Of a DNA stretch of 64,000 bases, positions 1 through 13,378 are shown one piece after another. This DNA is from Marsupella aquatica. Lineage: Eukaryota; Plantae; Marchantiophyta. The DNA lies in NCBI GenBank assembly GCA_973895155.1, contig OZ316893.1, positions 7,216,963 to 7,280,962 on the forward strand, written 5' to 3'. How positions within the stretch are numbered: the stretch's first letter is position 1; every line of letters begins with the position of its first letter. A model generated the notes under the pieces. That model worked only from the letters and a program-made list of their open reading frames with translations. It searched no databases and was not told where the DNA came from. The position numbers and the translations under genes are program-made.

Positions 1-737
1 AATGCGTACATTACTTGGGCACACGATAACGAGAAAAGCAGAGTATCTCCATGTTCCCATTTACTACCCCAGAAGTGAAACTTGTTCTTTGCCTTGGCCG
101 AATTGTATGCACACTGCGCCAGTCTAGCGAACAGGTAGAGAGCAAATGTGCGCCTCCGCTGTGGACCATCCAGAGCAAGAATCGACAAACCGGCCACGCT
201 GCCAGCTAGGAACACGTTCAGGGGAGGGTCCCCATTAGATTTCCTCCTCAGGAAGCAGCGAATGGCATGATAGCCACCAGTGAATCCCCCGAAGAATAAA
301 CCATAGCGGCAAGCCTCCTCCCGAACAATAAGGTTTTTCTCGTTCAGGAGCAGATTCAAGTTTAGAAACGAGTAGTGGGGACGCCTTCGTGCAAGCTTGA
401 AGGCTCTCAGTATCACTCCAATACCAAGGCGCACGCCATATGCAAGCATGAAGCTCCGACAGAGACAACTGACCGAGTGTGCCACACAAGAATCTCCATG
501 CGTACACAGCGGATGCCGACCACTGAGAACGGGATTGTGTGGAGCTGTCTCGACGCCATCCTTATGGAGATGTGCTATTGCGTCTCTTAGACGAGCCTCA
601 GCCTCCAGGAGCCTTTTCTCAGCGTCCGCTTTCTCAAATGCAGCCTCGGTAGCCCGTTCGTGGGCAAAAACATCCGTCGGGTCCGGTCCTCCTCTTGCCA
701 GACGTCTCCCACTCACAACTCTCTTCGGAGCTGCCAT
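1..737 (-). CDS. TMEM135 / Tim17-Tim22-Tim23-like membrane protein, 5' portion (runs off the window edge)
   Basis: Manual translation from ATG 737 gives 245 open codons to the edge: MAAPKRVVSG...AEKRLLEAEARLRDAIAHL...SCVAHSVSCLCRSFMLAYGVRLGIGVILRAFKLARR...EKNLIVREEACRYGLFFGGFTGGYHAIRC...LAGSVAGLSILALD...ALYLFARLAQCAYNSAKAKNKFHFWGSKWEHGDTLLFSLSCAQVMYA. This matches my recollection of plant TMEM135-like proteins. It is absent from the ORF track because there is no stop in the window. Confidence 0.88.
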   Translation of the reverse strand, partial: MAAPKRVVSGRRLARGGPDPTDVFAHERATEAAFEKADAEKRLLEAEARLRDAIAHLHKDGVETAPHNPVLSGRHPLCTHGDSCVAHSVSCLCRSFMLAYGVRLGIGVILRAFKLARRRPHYSFLNLNLLLNEKNLIVREEACRYGLFFGGFTGGYHAIRCFLRRKSNGDPPLNVFLAGSVAGLSILALDGPQRRRTFALYLFARLAQCAYNSAKAKNKFHFWGSKWEHGDTLLFSLSCAQVMYA

Positions 738-1302
738 CCATAACAACACTTGTCCTCTTCGAAAGTCCTCTGCTACTCATCTAACCCCACATCGCCTTGC
801 CTGCAGCAGAGATCGCCAAGTTCAAGAAGACCAATCCGTGATCAAAACCCTACGTCCATTCCAGATCACTGCTGCCAGCGAGACAACCAACGCTCCTCTT
901 TTCCCAATCGCATCCACGGAAAGCAAATGGAGAAGCGCCACTTCTACAGTCTCTCGAAGGCTGGCTTGAACGTCCTTGCTGTCGACAATCTCGAGGGAGG
1001 GTTTCCGATTCAAGGACGTCAATCCCAAATCGGATCCAGATGCAATAAAATCTTTCGATAACGACCTTTCACAGCATTGAGAAAGGACTACTGTCCTTGT
1101 GTACGATTGAATGCTATAGCGCAATGGCGGTGAGCTGACTCGCAAATCAAGACAAGACTGAAAAATACCTCAGCAGCCGACATGTGAGAAACGAAGAAGA
1201 CCCTCTCATCAACTGTCCGCGCATCGCATATCCGTCTCCGCCAACGTGCTGCTGCACAGCTCGTACACTCTCTCTCCTCCTTCCGCTCCTTCCAGCAGAA
1301 AG

Positions 1303-1580
1303 AAAATCGCTCCTTGTCAACAGCACCGCCAAACTGTTCGCCACCAGAACTCAAACAAGAACCGTGAATCTCCTAAATTTCAGAGCAATTTCACTGCAGA
1401 TGGTGGTGCCGTGTACGCAGGCGTACCCAACTCCTCCTCCTCCTCCTCCTCTCTGCTCTACAAAATCGCTCCTCGTCAACAGCACCGCCCAGCTGATCGC
1501 CACAAAAGCTCAAAGAAGAACCTGAAGCTCGTCCATTTCAGAGCAATTTCACTGCAGCAGGAGGTGCCGTGTAAGCAGAG
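1303..1580. repeat. Diverged tandem duplication (~159-bp period) with a (CCT)n tract, upstream of the TMEM135-like gene
   Basis: aaaatcgctcc..gtcaacagcaccgcc...tttcagagcaatttcactgcag...ggtgccgtgta occurs at about 1303 and about 1462. Confidence 0.75.
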
Positions 1581-3247
1581 GCACGCCGCCTCCTCTCCAC
1601 TCCTCTCCTCCTTCGCATTCGACCATGGAAAGCAGCTCTGTAGCGCTATGCATGTTCTCGTTTCACCCAAGAAGAAGAAAGCTCTGGAGCTATGCAAGCC
1701 CCACTCCAAGATACGGTAGAGTGTCTCCTTGTTTCCATCGAGAGATGGTGGTACACGACTTAATTCGGTCGGTGGGTCTTAGGGTATCATTGCCTGACTA
1801 CCCTCATCATCCCTTGGACCACGACGCAAAGTGGGTCTGGAGTGTATCTCGCTTGCAATTGGTGCATGGCAACAAGCTGGAAGCAAAGGGGGAAACTTTG
1901 ACAAGTGACATGTGGAATTGTGGACGGAGATGGTGTCAAGGGTGGGTCTCTCTTAATTGATTTTTAACTCTCATGTACATGTCCAGAGAAGCACCCACAC
2001 CATTACACCAATGAAGAGTTTAATAAGGAATCATGAGGTTCGTGGAAGTGAGGACATGTAGCAGATTTGTGTTATGAGTGGGCCAAATTCCACCTCCATA
2101 TAAAGTCTAAAATTAGGTATGTTTTTTTGTCTTTGAGTCATAAGTTTCCCATATCCATTAGGCATTAGGGGAATCTGACGGATGAACCTTAAATTTAGGG
2201 AGATCTAATGGTCAGAAGTTACTATGTAAGGATTATTCTTAGCATGTTTTTATGAGGTTACATTGGCCATAAAGGAAAAAAAAAACTTAAAATATATGAT
2301 GCTATGCTATGTAACATGTTCATCCTATAACTATTCAGAATTTTGTACCGCAGCGAATTAAAATGACAGTCATTCGATCTCAATGATATGGCAATTTTGG
2401 TGTACTGGAACTCTTCGTTTACTTTCTCTTTTCCCCACTGGTCTTGGCCACCATGGGCGTTTTGAATCCAAAGTGCCCAGTATCACTTTTGTAATAATTA
2501 ATGATTAAATCTCAATGACATCACGAAAGTGGTTGTATATCCACTTTATATCCATATCTAATATATGGAGATGTTTTGGATATTGACTTGAGTCTCACTA
2601 TCTAGAGCCCCCCCAATCGCCTGGAGGTTTTGAAGTCTCCTACCACCCCCCTAAACTGTAAGAATGCTTATTAATTTTTTACTCTTATAAAGTTTGAATA
2701 TTTTTGGAACTTTCGAAAGCTTTGTTTTAAAATACCCTAGTGTTCTATTGGACTCAAAAATGTATTTAAAAGAGCCTAATGTTCTTCCAAGAAATTTTCA
2801 AAGTATTGTTTGAGAATCAATAAAATGGTCATATGCTTTCTTGCATGTGATATGTCAATTTTGTGGTAGTGAAAGCCCCAAAGTGTTGACCTCCAATTTG
2901 TGTTCGATATAAACATTTTTGATTGGGTGTCATAGAAACGACATCAACGAGATGTAGAAATTTACACAATCTAGTCTACATGAAATAAACCTAAATGATT
3001 TTTGTGATGGATATGAATGAAAGGGGAAATTTTCTTAGAGGGAAAGTCAATAATTTATTGTAATTGGATTAATGTTCAGTGCAAAGAAAGGGCTTCTCAT
3101 TTCACTTTAAAGAAAAAAATCTGGACGTACCTATTAAAATTTACTGAAACCAATCTACTATTGGAATGTCAACGAAAGAGTTATTGAGGCTCTCTCTCTC
3201 TGCAGATAATAATACCTGCCTGCGAAAATAAAAATAAGACAGTGCCA

Positions 3248-3387
3248 TGTTCCCCTAACTAGACTCCATGGTTACCTTAACCATAGTTACCGTATAGGAT
3301 AACTCGGACGGAGACTATATAAAGAGATGCACCCATTCATTCTATAGAGAAGAATCTCATTATCATTTCTCACATCATTCCTCAACA
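3248..3387 (+). repeat. 5' LTR (140 bp)
   Basis: Direct repeat of 6621-6762, TG...CA ends, contains TATATAAA. Confidence 0.9.
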
Positions 3388-6300
3388 CATTATCAGCACG
3401 ACTCTAGACCAGCTGAGCTTGATCATGAATTTTTTTTAGGAATTTCCCTATGGCTATGATGAATGAATGTTCTCTCAAGGATTTCCAAGTTATGGAGGAG
3501 AATTGAATTGGGAGTGAGAAGGCTAGTAGTTTGAACCACCAAGAGAACATGAGTCACGTTGAAGCAACGACAGGATGTAGCATTGTGGTCGCGCCGAGAG
3601 CAAGCTTATGAAGGCTGTGATATGATCAAAAGAAATTTTGTTTTGAAGAGTGATTCTGATCGAGTTCAGCCGCGCTGCTTCCTTCTACCCAACCAGGCCA
3701 GATCAACCTAAATCACTCGAGGCAATGAGTTGACAACCTTAACAAGAGGTAGAAAGAGAAGAGCAGAGACCGGAAGCCAAACAGACACAGCCTTGAATGA
3801 AGCCGGGTGGATCGAGAGCAAATCAGGACCCGATCGGGATCATAAGAAAAATTTTCAAAACCCTAACCTCATAAGGGACGAACGCAGGCGCCTTCTCTTT
3901 CCCTGAATTTCACAATGTTTCTCAACCGCTGACAGTTTCTTGTTGGTCGATCTGCGAACCATAACGGATGAAAGGAAATGCCCATTACACAAGATTGAGT
4001 GAAGTACAGGCATTACAAGAGCCCAAACATGGATGTTGAATTGGTCGTTTGCTGATTCAATGAAGATTCCAATAAGAGCCATTTGATACAGTCGTATCAA
4101 ATTGGAGAAGATAGAAGCAAATGTCGTGGAGGAAGAACATCTTGGCTTTGGTTGTGAACGTACAGGAGATGGCATCCAGCGAAAGAAACAAGTCATCGTT
4201 GTGGGGTCTAGATCTGATAGCATTTTCTGAATCCTAAATATGGAATGTTGTGCCTGTCCAAGAATGAGCTTGAGAAGCTGATCGCAATCAAAGAATGAGC
4301 CAAAGCGACAAGTGAGATTTCAAGAGACACACATGAGTGACTTAAACATGCAACATTCGATCTCAAAATCCTCAAGAAAAACTCGAACACCAGATAAGTG
4401 CAACCCTCATTAAATGCACAGTAAAGTAAAGAGTTTCTGAAATACAAATGCTTGGGTGCACTTATCCAAAGACAAGAGAATCCCATGTGTTTCAGTGCAA
4501 AATCTTCATTTTTGAAAAACTATCCATAAATGCATCAACTGGTTTAGGGAAATTACATGTCACTTGTTGAATTCGCATACATTAACATGCCTTACATGTG
4601 CAACACATGCTTTACATGTATTTGACATATTTACATGTCATACCACCCTTACTTGACTTTGCACATTGGAAATAATGGTTTTATACCAAATACCTCTACT
4701 TTCCATTTACAAAGTGGTTGTTACACCCATTTCAATCTCAAAATGGTTTTTACACCATTTTACACCCCTAGTTTACACCTAATGATACCATTCTAGATTA
4801 TACCTCATGACACCAGTTTACACTGGTGTATGTCTTAACATTGTATAATCCCATGCTTTACATTGGGTTTATACTTGTTTACACTGGTTACACCATATTA
4901 CACTTACTTATAGCATTTATACTGGTTTACACCAATTTACACCATCAGGGGGAGTAAACTTTGGTCCATACACTTTTTGTGTGTAAATTCACCATTTACA
5001 ACTTTTACACCAATTGACATGGGTTTACACCCATTTACACCCTACATTAGGGCAATATCTTACTTAAGGGTCTTATCCTCATGGTCTTTACACCATAAAC
5101 AACTCAAACAAGAGCTTTTATAGCCATTGTTTGGTGGGATGATAGTTTTTAAGTATGGAACTAATACCATATCTTTAACCATGCTCTATGACCTAGTTTT
5201 TGAGGTATTTTGGTAGGGTATAGATTTTCCAGTGATCGATGGCAGATATGTTTCTCACGAAAGATCCAGAATAATCTAAGGTACAGTACTTCAGGTTAGT
5301 TCCATGACCTTAGTTCCCGGCCATATCTAAAAGCGGATAATCAATAACCCTTTAGGGGTCTAACTGCGAATATTTAGAAACCCGAAGTAAACTCAAATCA
5401 GAATGAGTAATGAGGGGTTAATATGGGCAAACCCCATAACTTTGTCCGGTCCAACTTAATTCTAGCTTTCAACTATAATATATGCATAAAATGCATATTT
5501 AGGGGGAGAAAGTTTATTTTCTCAAACCCCAATCACACTTGATTTACCCACTACGAGTACATTTTGGTACTTGGTCATTAAGTGGGATCTTTTGACTATC
5601 ACTAGCTCTAAACTATTTTTAAGCGGAGTTTTTTGACGTTTATGAATATCACTTTACCTCCGCAAGATAGCGAATCATTTTGAGCTAGCATTTTTCTGTG
5701 CTATGACACACATGGACGTTCGACTGAATGTTTGGATTCCACAGGGTTATTTGTGAAGTTATATTGACTTGACACTTTTTGTCAAAATATGAGAACTGCA
5801 GACGTGCAGGGCAGACGTGTCATATTATACACACACCCGTTGGTGTTGTGAATGCACACCCTTTGGTGCTGCAAATTACTTTTCATATAAAAACTATTTG
5901 ATACTACATGTTTTTGAAATCTAAGATTGAGAGATTTCTTTGTGTGTCGACTACACACGCTTGCGAATTGTGCATTTTGCACAAGAACCCTCTATTTAAG
6001 AATCTAATTAGGAGTCCTTGAACTCTAAGGGAGGGTTTCGATATTTGAGTTTTACGAGAATAATATATTCCTCGAAACCTTGTTTTGAGGGGGAGATCAT
6101 ATTTTTCGGACTTTTTACATCCCATACTTTACGCACTCAGTTGCACGAGATGACATTATTTATTATTATACTTTACACTTTGCATAGATGAGCCACGAAA
6201 AGTGATTTTATGATAATAACTTAATTACTAACCATTTTTTCATATATGTTTTAATTTGTATTCGATGCGAGGATGTATGTGCGGATGTATGCGTGATGGT

Positions 6301-6620
6301 GAGCGATTTGGAGACATGTCGCGTTGTTGTTGAGTCATTGAGCATACGACAACTTGTTCATTTTGACGGAGTGGAGTTGTTGCTGTTAACTCCACATCCC
6401 ACCGGATTCACTTGAGGACCGACAGGGCTGTACTCTTTTTCCTTTAGAGCCGAGATATTTTTTTCTCTGTTACCCTGATAGAGTTTTTTAGAGCTGTTAA
6501 AGGTTTTAACGAGGCAGTACCTTCCTCATTTGTACTCAAATCATGCCATGTTTATAAGCATGATAATCTAGTTAGAAGACTTTTTGTCTACATAGTTATC
6601 ACTATATAGCCAAGGGGGAG

Positions 6621-6762
6621 TGTTATACCCTAACTAGACTCCATGGTTACCTTAACCATAGTTACCGTATAGGATAACTCAGACGAAGACTATATAAAGA
6701 GATGCACCCATTCATTCTATAGAGAGGAATCTCATTATCATTTCCCACATCATTCCTCAACA
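6621..6762 (+). repeat. 3' LTR (142 bp)
   Basis: Direct repeat of 3248-3387, preceded by the PPT and followed by TSD TGCCA. Confidence 0.9.
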
Positions 6763-7475
6763 TGCCAAATCATGAATGACTGAGGACTGTCAATTATGTG
6801 AATACATCGCAATGCCTGTGCGTTCCCCACTTTACAGCCATGTTGTGGTTGGGGAAATGTTGGTGGCAAAAAGACTACGTCATTGCCAAGATGTGACATT
6901 GTGAATTAAATATTGTCATTGCATAAATCCAAACGGTGCAAGATGGAATCGGGGTGTTGAATGAAGGAAATGACTGTAAGTTGAAAACAGGACATAGCAG
7001 GCGTCAATGGGTAGGGAAAGTTTGGGCAAGAGTTGAGGCAAGAATTACAGTCTAAGAGTGGGTCAGACATGGAGCCAGGGGAAGGGTACTTCACACATAA
7101 TGGCACATCCATATATGTGAAGGTCAATGGGCATAATTTTTCATTACTCCCAGTTCTTTCTTACCCCTGCCTTTTACATTTCCTTTCCTTCCCACTCTCC
7201 CTTTCATACTTGTCGCCTCCTCTTCCGTCCTCTTGAGGAAGAAACAACCACATAAATCACTCAGGTACAAGGCATTGTAAATGTGAAATGATTCAATCAA
7301 CACAAATATCGTATGCTGAAAATGTCTGGTGCCAATGGGGTTGCAAAATTTAATCCCAGGGCAAAGGCACAAAAATCTATTGGAGAAAGTATGAAACCCC
7401 ATGCAAACAGAAGAATATGTAGGTGATGCAAAAGAACACTTAACTGGAAGCAAAGATAAGTAAAGTTCAAATTGC

Positions 7476-7476
<1 letters not shown>

Positions 7477-7506
<30 letters not shown>

Positions 7507-7508
7507 GG
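7477..7508. repeat. (GT)n microsatellite joined to a poly-G run
   Basis: gtgtgtgtgtgtgtg followed by a long G homopolymer. Confidence 0.8.
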
Positions 7509-8659
7509 ATGGGGCCAGGAGGGAGATTGGAGCAACGTGGGGCTGTGTGCAAGGATCACCTTCATCCCATGGATCCGTCCCAGCCAGGCCCAAAATAAAT
7601 ACTTGAAAAAAATCACCCCCTTCCTCCAAAGTTAAGAAAAAACAGAAGAAAGTAATTAGGGAAAAACAAAAAAATTAAACCAAAATCTGAACAAACTTAC
7701 CTTTTTTAAAATTAAAAAAAAACAAATTTAAGAAAGGAGGGCCAGGCCCCATCAATTAACACCGGAGGTAAAACCTGCCCGGGCAAAATGACAGAGCAAA
7801 CACACAAGGAGAGAAAGGTGCCCCTAGTCCTTCCCCAGCCACCTGCCAAAGCCAGCCACAGGGAACAATAAATCCATGCCTCTTATCACTAGGTAGCCGT
7901 TTAACATTGTTGAACCTCACAGTCAACATGGACATGTGAGTGCAATATCCTAAACTATAATACAAGGTTGCGCCTTTTTATGAAGTGGTAGTCATTCAAA
8001 TTTAGAGTGTCCAAAAAATATTAATCATGTCAAAGAGAAGGAATAAAGGTTGTATTAAATTTAGTGTGCACCAAAAAATAATAAATACATTCCAAACAAA
8101 TGGGGAATCAAATGGGAGACACAAAAGTAGGGAGCCAATGCTAGAACCAATGGGGCACACAAAACAAGAGAGTGAATGTACATGCATGAGTATCAAGGAG
8201 GTATACACATGAAATACAAAAGTACATAATATATATGATACTATATATTATTGCAAGTATTACAATATTGCAAAATATAATAATGATAGTAGTCATTCAA
8301 ATTTGCAATATCCAAAAATGAAAAACATGAAAGAATGATTTCTTTTGTGAATGAAAATGGAGAACAATGTTTCCAAGCACAAAATGAATTTAATAGTACA
8401 AAGAAAATAAGGAGGGTCTCTAGCAATGCAAGAGTATCATGGAGACCTCCTTTTACCATGTACCACTATAATCCTGATCCGGTCCCTTTACAAACTAAAA
8501 AAAGTGACAATCAATCTTGAATGTTTATCAAAACATAATTTTTTCCACACTGTTAGATCTATCCATACACCCCTTTTAAAAATGCCCAAACTACCCTTTA
8601 ACCTTCCCATACCTACCACAATGAAAAAATTAATCAAATTTTATATAAATCTATTCATA

Positions 8660-9495
8660 CTAGCTCAATACCCGTGCGTTGCACAAAGATGTCGTGACGG
8701 CCAAGATGTTGTTGAGAACAAAAGATGTCGTTCGGCCAAGCGGTTGTTGAGAAGAAAGATGACGTGTCGGCCAAGAGGTCGTTGAGAAGAAAGATGTCAT
8801 GTTGCCCAATATGTTGTTGAGAACAAAAGATATCTTGTCGGCCAAGAGGTTGTTGAGAACAGAAGATGTCGTGTCGCCCAAGATGTCGTTGAAAACAATA
8901 GATGTCATCTCGGCCAAGATGTCATCTCGGCCAAGATGTCGTGTCGGCCAAGAAGTCGGTGAGAACAAAAGTTGTCGTGTCCCGGCCCAGAGGTTGTTGA
9001 GAAGAAAGATGTTGTGTCGGCCAAGAGGTTGTGGAAGAAATAGAGGTCGTGTTGCCAATGATGTCATAACGCGTTATGCCAAAGGTTTCGTTAAGTATAA
9101 CAATGTTGTTAAGTACAAAATAGCTCAATACTTGTGCGTTGCACAAAAGATGTCGTGTCGCCCAAGATGTTTTTATTTGAAATATTTTGTGAAGTACAAC
9201 AATGTAGTTAAGAACAATGAAGTTGTTTTGCCAAACATGTAGTTATGTGAAGACGTTGTCAAGTAAAAGATGTCGTTAAGAAAAAAGAAGTCATTTTGCC
9301 AAACATGTCGTCAAGTAAAAAGTTGTCATCAAGTAAAAAATTGTCGTTAACAAAAAAGAAGTTGTCTTGCCAAAGATGTTGTTATGTGAAAGATGTCATG
9401 AATAAAAAGATGTCGTTGAGTAAAATGATGAAGTGGTGCCAAATGGTTTGTCATGTGAAAGATATTGTGAAGTAAAAAGATGTCGTCAAGTAAAA
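8660..9495 (-). mobile_element. Helitron-like 3' end plus ~38-40-bp minisatellite array
   Basis: Minus strand reads GTGCAACGCACGGGTATTGAGCTAG-T at 8660 (hairpin plus CTAG, typical of a Helitron 3' end), with a degenerate second copy near 9120. Units resemble gatgtcgtgtcggccaagaggttgttgagaacaaaa. Confidence 0.65.
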
Positions 9496-10184
9496 GTGTG
9501 CCCCTCGCCCGACACCTTGCCTGGTTAGGGAGGGGTCTGGGCTGGGTCCGGGGAGGTCCCGGGGAGTCCGGACAGGGTCCGCGCAGGGTCCCGGCGGGTC
9601 CGAGCTGGGTTAGGTTGGGTCGGGGTCGGCTCCAAGGAAGTCCAGGTGGGCCGGGGCTGGGGTTCGGGTTGGGTCAAGCTGGGGTCCAGGGGAATCGGAT
9701 GGAATATACATCAAATTGCACGTTTTCTGGTCGTCATTTTCCCCATTTTACTATTTCTGGTCTTCTCTTTTTCACACTCCCCATCACTTCACTCCTTCGC
9801 CGCCCCTCTTCCCCACCCATGTGAGATCGAGGGGCTACCCTACATTGCGAGTGTGCACCTTGCCATCAACGCCCGTGCCATCAATGCCCGTGCCATGCGC
9901 TTCACTATGTCTTTGGGGCTTATTATTTTTGTTTTTGTGGCATTGAAAATGACACTGTAATGACTATAAAAATCACCACAAATATTGGGAGAATAGTTTT
10001 TTATTGATCTAGTGACTAAAATGTTATTAGCAATTAAACTATTCTTACAAGTATTACACAAAATTATGATGCACACATTTTTAATTTTTGTGCCCTGCAA
10101 ATTTGAATGACGACCACTCTAAAAAGTGACGCAAATGTGTATTATAGTTCTTGATATAAATAATTCTAATTTTCTCTCAATGAT

Positions 10185-10423
10185 ATCTTTGCCGACACGA
10201 CCTTTATTTTCAACGACATCTTGGCCGACATGACAACTTTTTTTTCAACGACCTCTTGGCCAACATGACCTTTTTTTTTCTCAACGACTTTTTTTTTCTC
10301 AACGACCTCTTGGCCGACACGTCATTTTTCTCTCCATGACCTCTTGGCTTACACATCTTTTTTTTCTCAACGACATCTTGGCCGACACGACTTCTTTTGT
10401 GCAACGCACGGGTATTGAGCTCG
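10185..10423 (+). mobile_element. Inverted copy of the same minisatellite and Helitron-like 3' end
   Basis: tcaacgacatcttggccgacac units ending ttgtgcaacgcacgggtattgagctcg-t, the reverse complement of about 8660-8900. Confidence 0.65.
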
Positions 10424-13378
10424 TTCAATAGAAAGACGAGAAATATAGAAGAGACTAAGTCAAAAGGAATGCACAAAACACACACAAGAAAATACTAAAT
10501 ACTTGCAAAGGAATATACAAGATACCTTTATTGAACTAGCCCATTGGCCATAGTACCAAGCCCCCTTAGACTAAGTCCCCCTATGTCCTAGATGACTTTG
10601 GAACAACTAATCCAAGTTACACGCACTAGCGAAATCCTGTTACTGAACATAGTATAAATGCCACATCTAACTTAACCAATACTACATGGGAAAATGAGAC
10701 ATTCATGTTAGCTAGACATTACTCTAACTGGGTATAGATTATTGTGTACAGTAATTGCCTACAGACTAGTTATAGTTGATACTTCAATCTATTTAATCCA
10801 ATAAAAATAAAAATATGCTTATTTGTTCACGATGAGCTGGATGAAGTAAGTGGGTACCTTGAGTTCCTACTTAGTAAGGTACCGCAAGGATCCCGCACGA
10901 GGTGAACCAGCCAGATGTACCATAGTATGGACATATTATTAGCTTAACGTCAGGGTGATAGGGGCCGACCAAAAATGGCCTATATAATTAAGAACATATT
11001 GCCTAAAACTATTGTCAAACACTACATGAACTCCAGATATTAGTTGAGTCTATTGTGACCACATATCTTACTTGTCAAGAGTTCAGTTGACTTACCAGCT
11101 GAAGAGAGTTGCACTTAGTATAAATATGTATTCTAGTGAGACCTGGTTGATCTTGGACATAAAAAAGTGCAATAAAATTGCAATTTGCATAGGAGGTTTT
11201 AGGGGGTCGAGAAAGCCTCACTAAAACAAGGAATTGCACGTGGATGGCCGTGTACGGGGTGCACTTGTGCAGATGTCACTCTACCCCATGCAAGCAGATT
11301 TTCTTTATGTGCCAATGTTAGCACTTTTGCTAGGATGAAAGGGGCTTGTGGCTATCCAATGAGTATTTTAAAAAGTTTTACTGGCCAACTTCAATAGTCA
11401 AGATCTTACTTTACATAGTTCTAGCGCAACTGTTTAGCGACAACAATAATAATAATAATAAAAATAAAAGTGGCATAAAAGTCAGGCAACAAGACCCAGA
11501 CCTGAGTGTCATAACAATAACAATAATAATGTGCCATAAAAGTCAGGTAAGAAGGTTTTTCTACGCCTATGCTTCTCAACTAGCCCTGAGAGCAATCTGC
11601 CCAAAATACAAAAGAAAACCGGCTGAGGAAGAAGAGTTCTCTCTCGAATTTGACGGGCAAGATAATGTGAAGGCATCGAGGAACACGACAGCCCCCAAAA
11701 TTAGATCGAGTCCAAGTTCACGGCACCACAACTACCGTATTTCCAGTGTACTGTAGACAAGCAAGGCGGCATCTCCACTCGCCTTGATGTGCGAAGTACT
11801 CAACCCCTACCATTCAGCATTTTCTTGAGAGCGGACAGGATCGAAAGCTGGACAGGCCGGTGGTGTTCGCTCCATTAATCCCGGGAAAAACTGCTACCGT
11901 GGATTCACTCAAACTAGACAAACTTGTCAACTACTGAAGAAGAATTTGTCAAACTATGATTGATGGGAAATTTAGAATTCACTTGAACGAGTAGCTGTGA
12001 AACCATATTTGTGTGGCATTATTTTGTGAGGGCCGCTGATTTCTTCAAGTTGAACGAGTTTTCTTTACTTTCACAAGAAATCAACAGCTGCAAGTCGGGC
12101 AGCCCATAACTTGGCAGCCCACACAATTTCTCGTTTCAATATTAGGGGACGACTGGAAACAGTCATTGGTTCTACTGTACTGCCGTAGCTTGATTAATCA
12201 GGCTGATGCGATGGGATGGCTGGGATACAACGTATTGCAGAACTTCCATCCCACAATCCGGGTGGAGGATATTACTAAAATCTTCTAGGGGCTGCCCAGC
12301 TGCAGGGGTTTTTGGTAAAGAAGCTAAGACAGGAGACCAGTCTCGATCGTAATTGGGTCTTTTGCCTTTGGGATACTCTCTCCCGGTTTGGCGTTTTTGT
12401 TCTCTGGATGAGTGTTTGATGTAGTTGGATTAATCCGGCAAAAACTATCGACAGGCGTTTGTTGTTACTTCAGCGAGAGAGTGTTTTCAGGCCAGCTGGA
12501 AGCTCGGCAGCTCGCGACTGTTGGTGGCAGACATGACAGGAATAGCTCTTTTTGTATTTTTGGGGGAAATGAAAGGGATCTATTGTTTGAACGAGGACGC
12601 TGACAGAGTCCTGCTGGACAAAGGAAGCAACATGCACTCAGGATTCCTGGCAGAAGTCTGTGCACCCGGAAATTAAGCGATTGACGGCGGACAACACTCA
12701 CTCCCGACTTGAAATTATTCCCAAAGACTTCTGTCAGGTCTAGGAGATGTATCAATCGGCGAAGTTCTCGAGAAGTCCTATCGATAAGTCTCGTGTTGTA
12801 CCGGCTCCTCCTTTGAGTTATCAGGCAGACTACTTTGATCGAGCGCAACTTCCTATTGTATAGTTTCTGGTCTGTTGATTATTTTAACTACGTCCTTGAG
12901 TTATCCATTCCTATGGGTGCGTCAGGTATACTTGGTCGGAGCTTAGTGCAAGTCAACGTAAGCTTTGTTCCACGCGCAGTAGAATCTAGCTAGGAGACCG
13001 ATTGACGGCCTTGCGCGTGCATCCTTTCCTGCGTTCAGCGAGGACCTGCCGTTGAGGAAGGACCTCGTTCCGTGTTCGAGAGTGTCAGTAGCTAGGAAGT
13101 AAGGAATCTTAGGCAGTCCAATTTGCCGGAATTGGCACCCTTAATGTTATATGCATAAGCGGAGACTTCCATGCAGAATTCAGGAGTACGAGCAGGCTTG
13201 TGACACTTTCCAAATACATTATCTTGCTTCTCACCAAAGCTGGTTCACTGCTAGCAGCTATTCATGTCAAAGGAGAGGTTCTCGAAGCTGACGCCAACTG
13301 AGGAGTATGCAGTTGAAATCTTTCTGGGAAGACATCCATGGGAGTATATATATTAAGTCTCTGGTGGGTGGGCTAGAA

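Larger units (their letters stand above)
3248..6762 (+). mobile_element. Non-autonomous short-LTR Ty1/Copia element (Bianca/Bryco-like)
   Basis: LTRs 3248-3387 and 6621-6762 (TGTT...CAACA; 4 substitutions plus a small terminal indel). TSD TGCCA at 3243-3247 and 6763-6767. PBS-like CATTATCAGCACGA at 3388 and PPT CAAGGGGGAG at 6611-6620. Bianca-like 3' region tgtactcttttt...ggttttaacgaggca. No intact gag/pol. Confidence 0.88.

Noticed and set aside
397-969. 190-aa plus-strand ORF
   Set aside because: It is the antisense shadow of the TMEM135-like gene.
8660-9495. CRISPR-like array or coding ORFs in the ~39-bp repeat
   Set aside because: The units are degenerate and contiguous with no unique spacers or cas genes, in a eukaryotic context. 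The ORFs are artefacts of the repeat.
12035-12092. miRNA-like hairpin (gctgatttctt...aagaaatcaacagc)
   Set aside because: The stem is too short and I recognise no mature miRNA.
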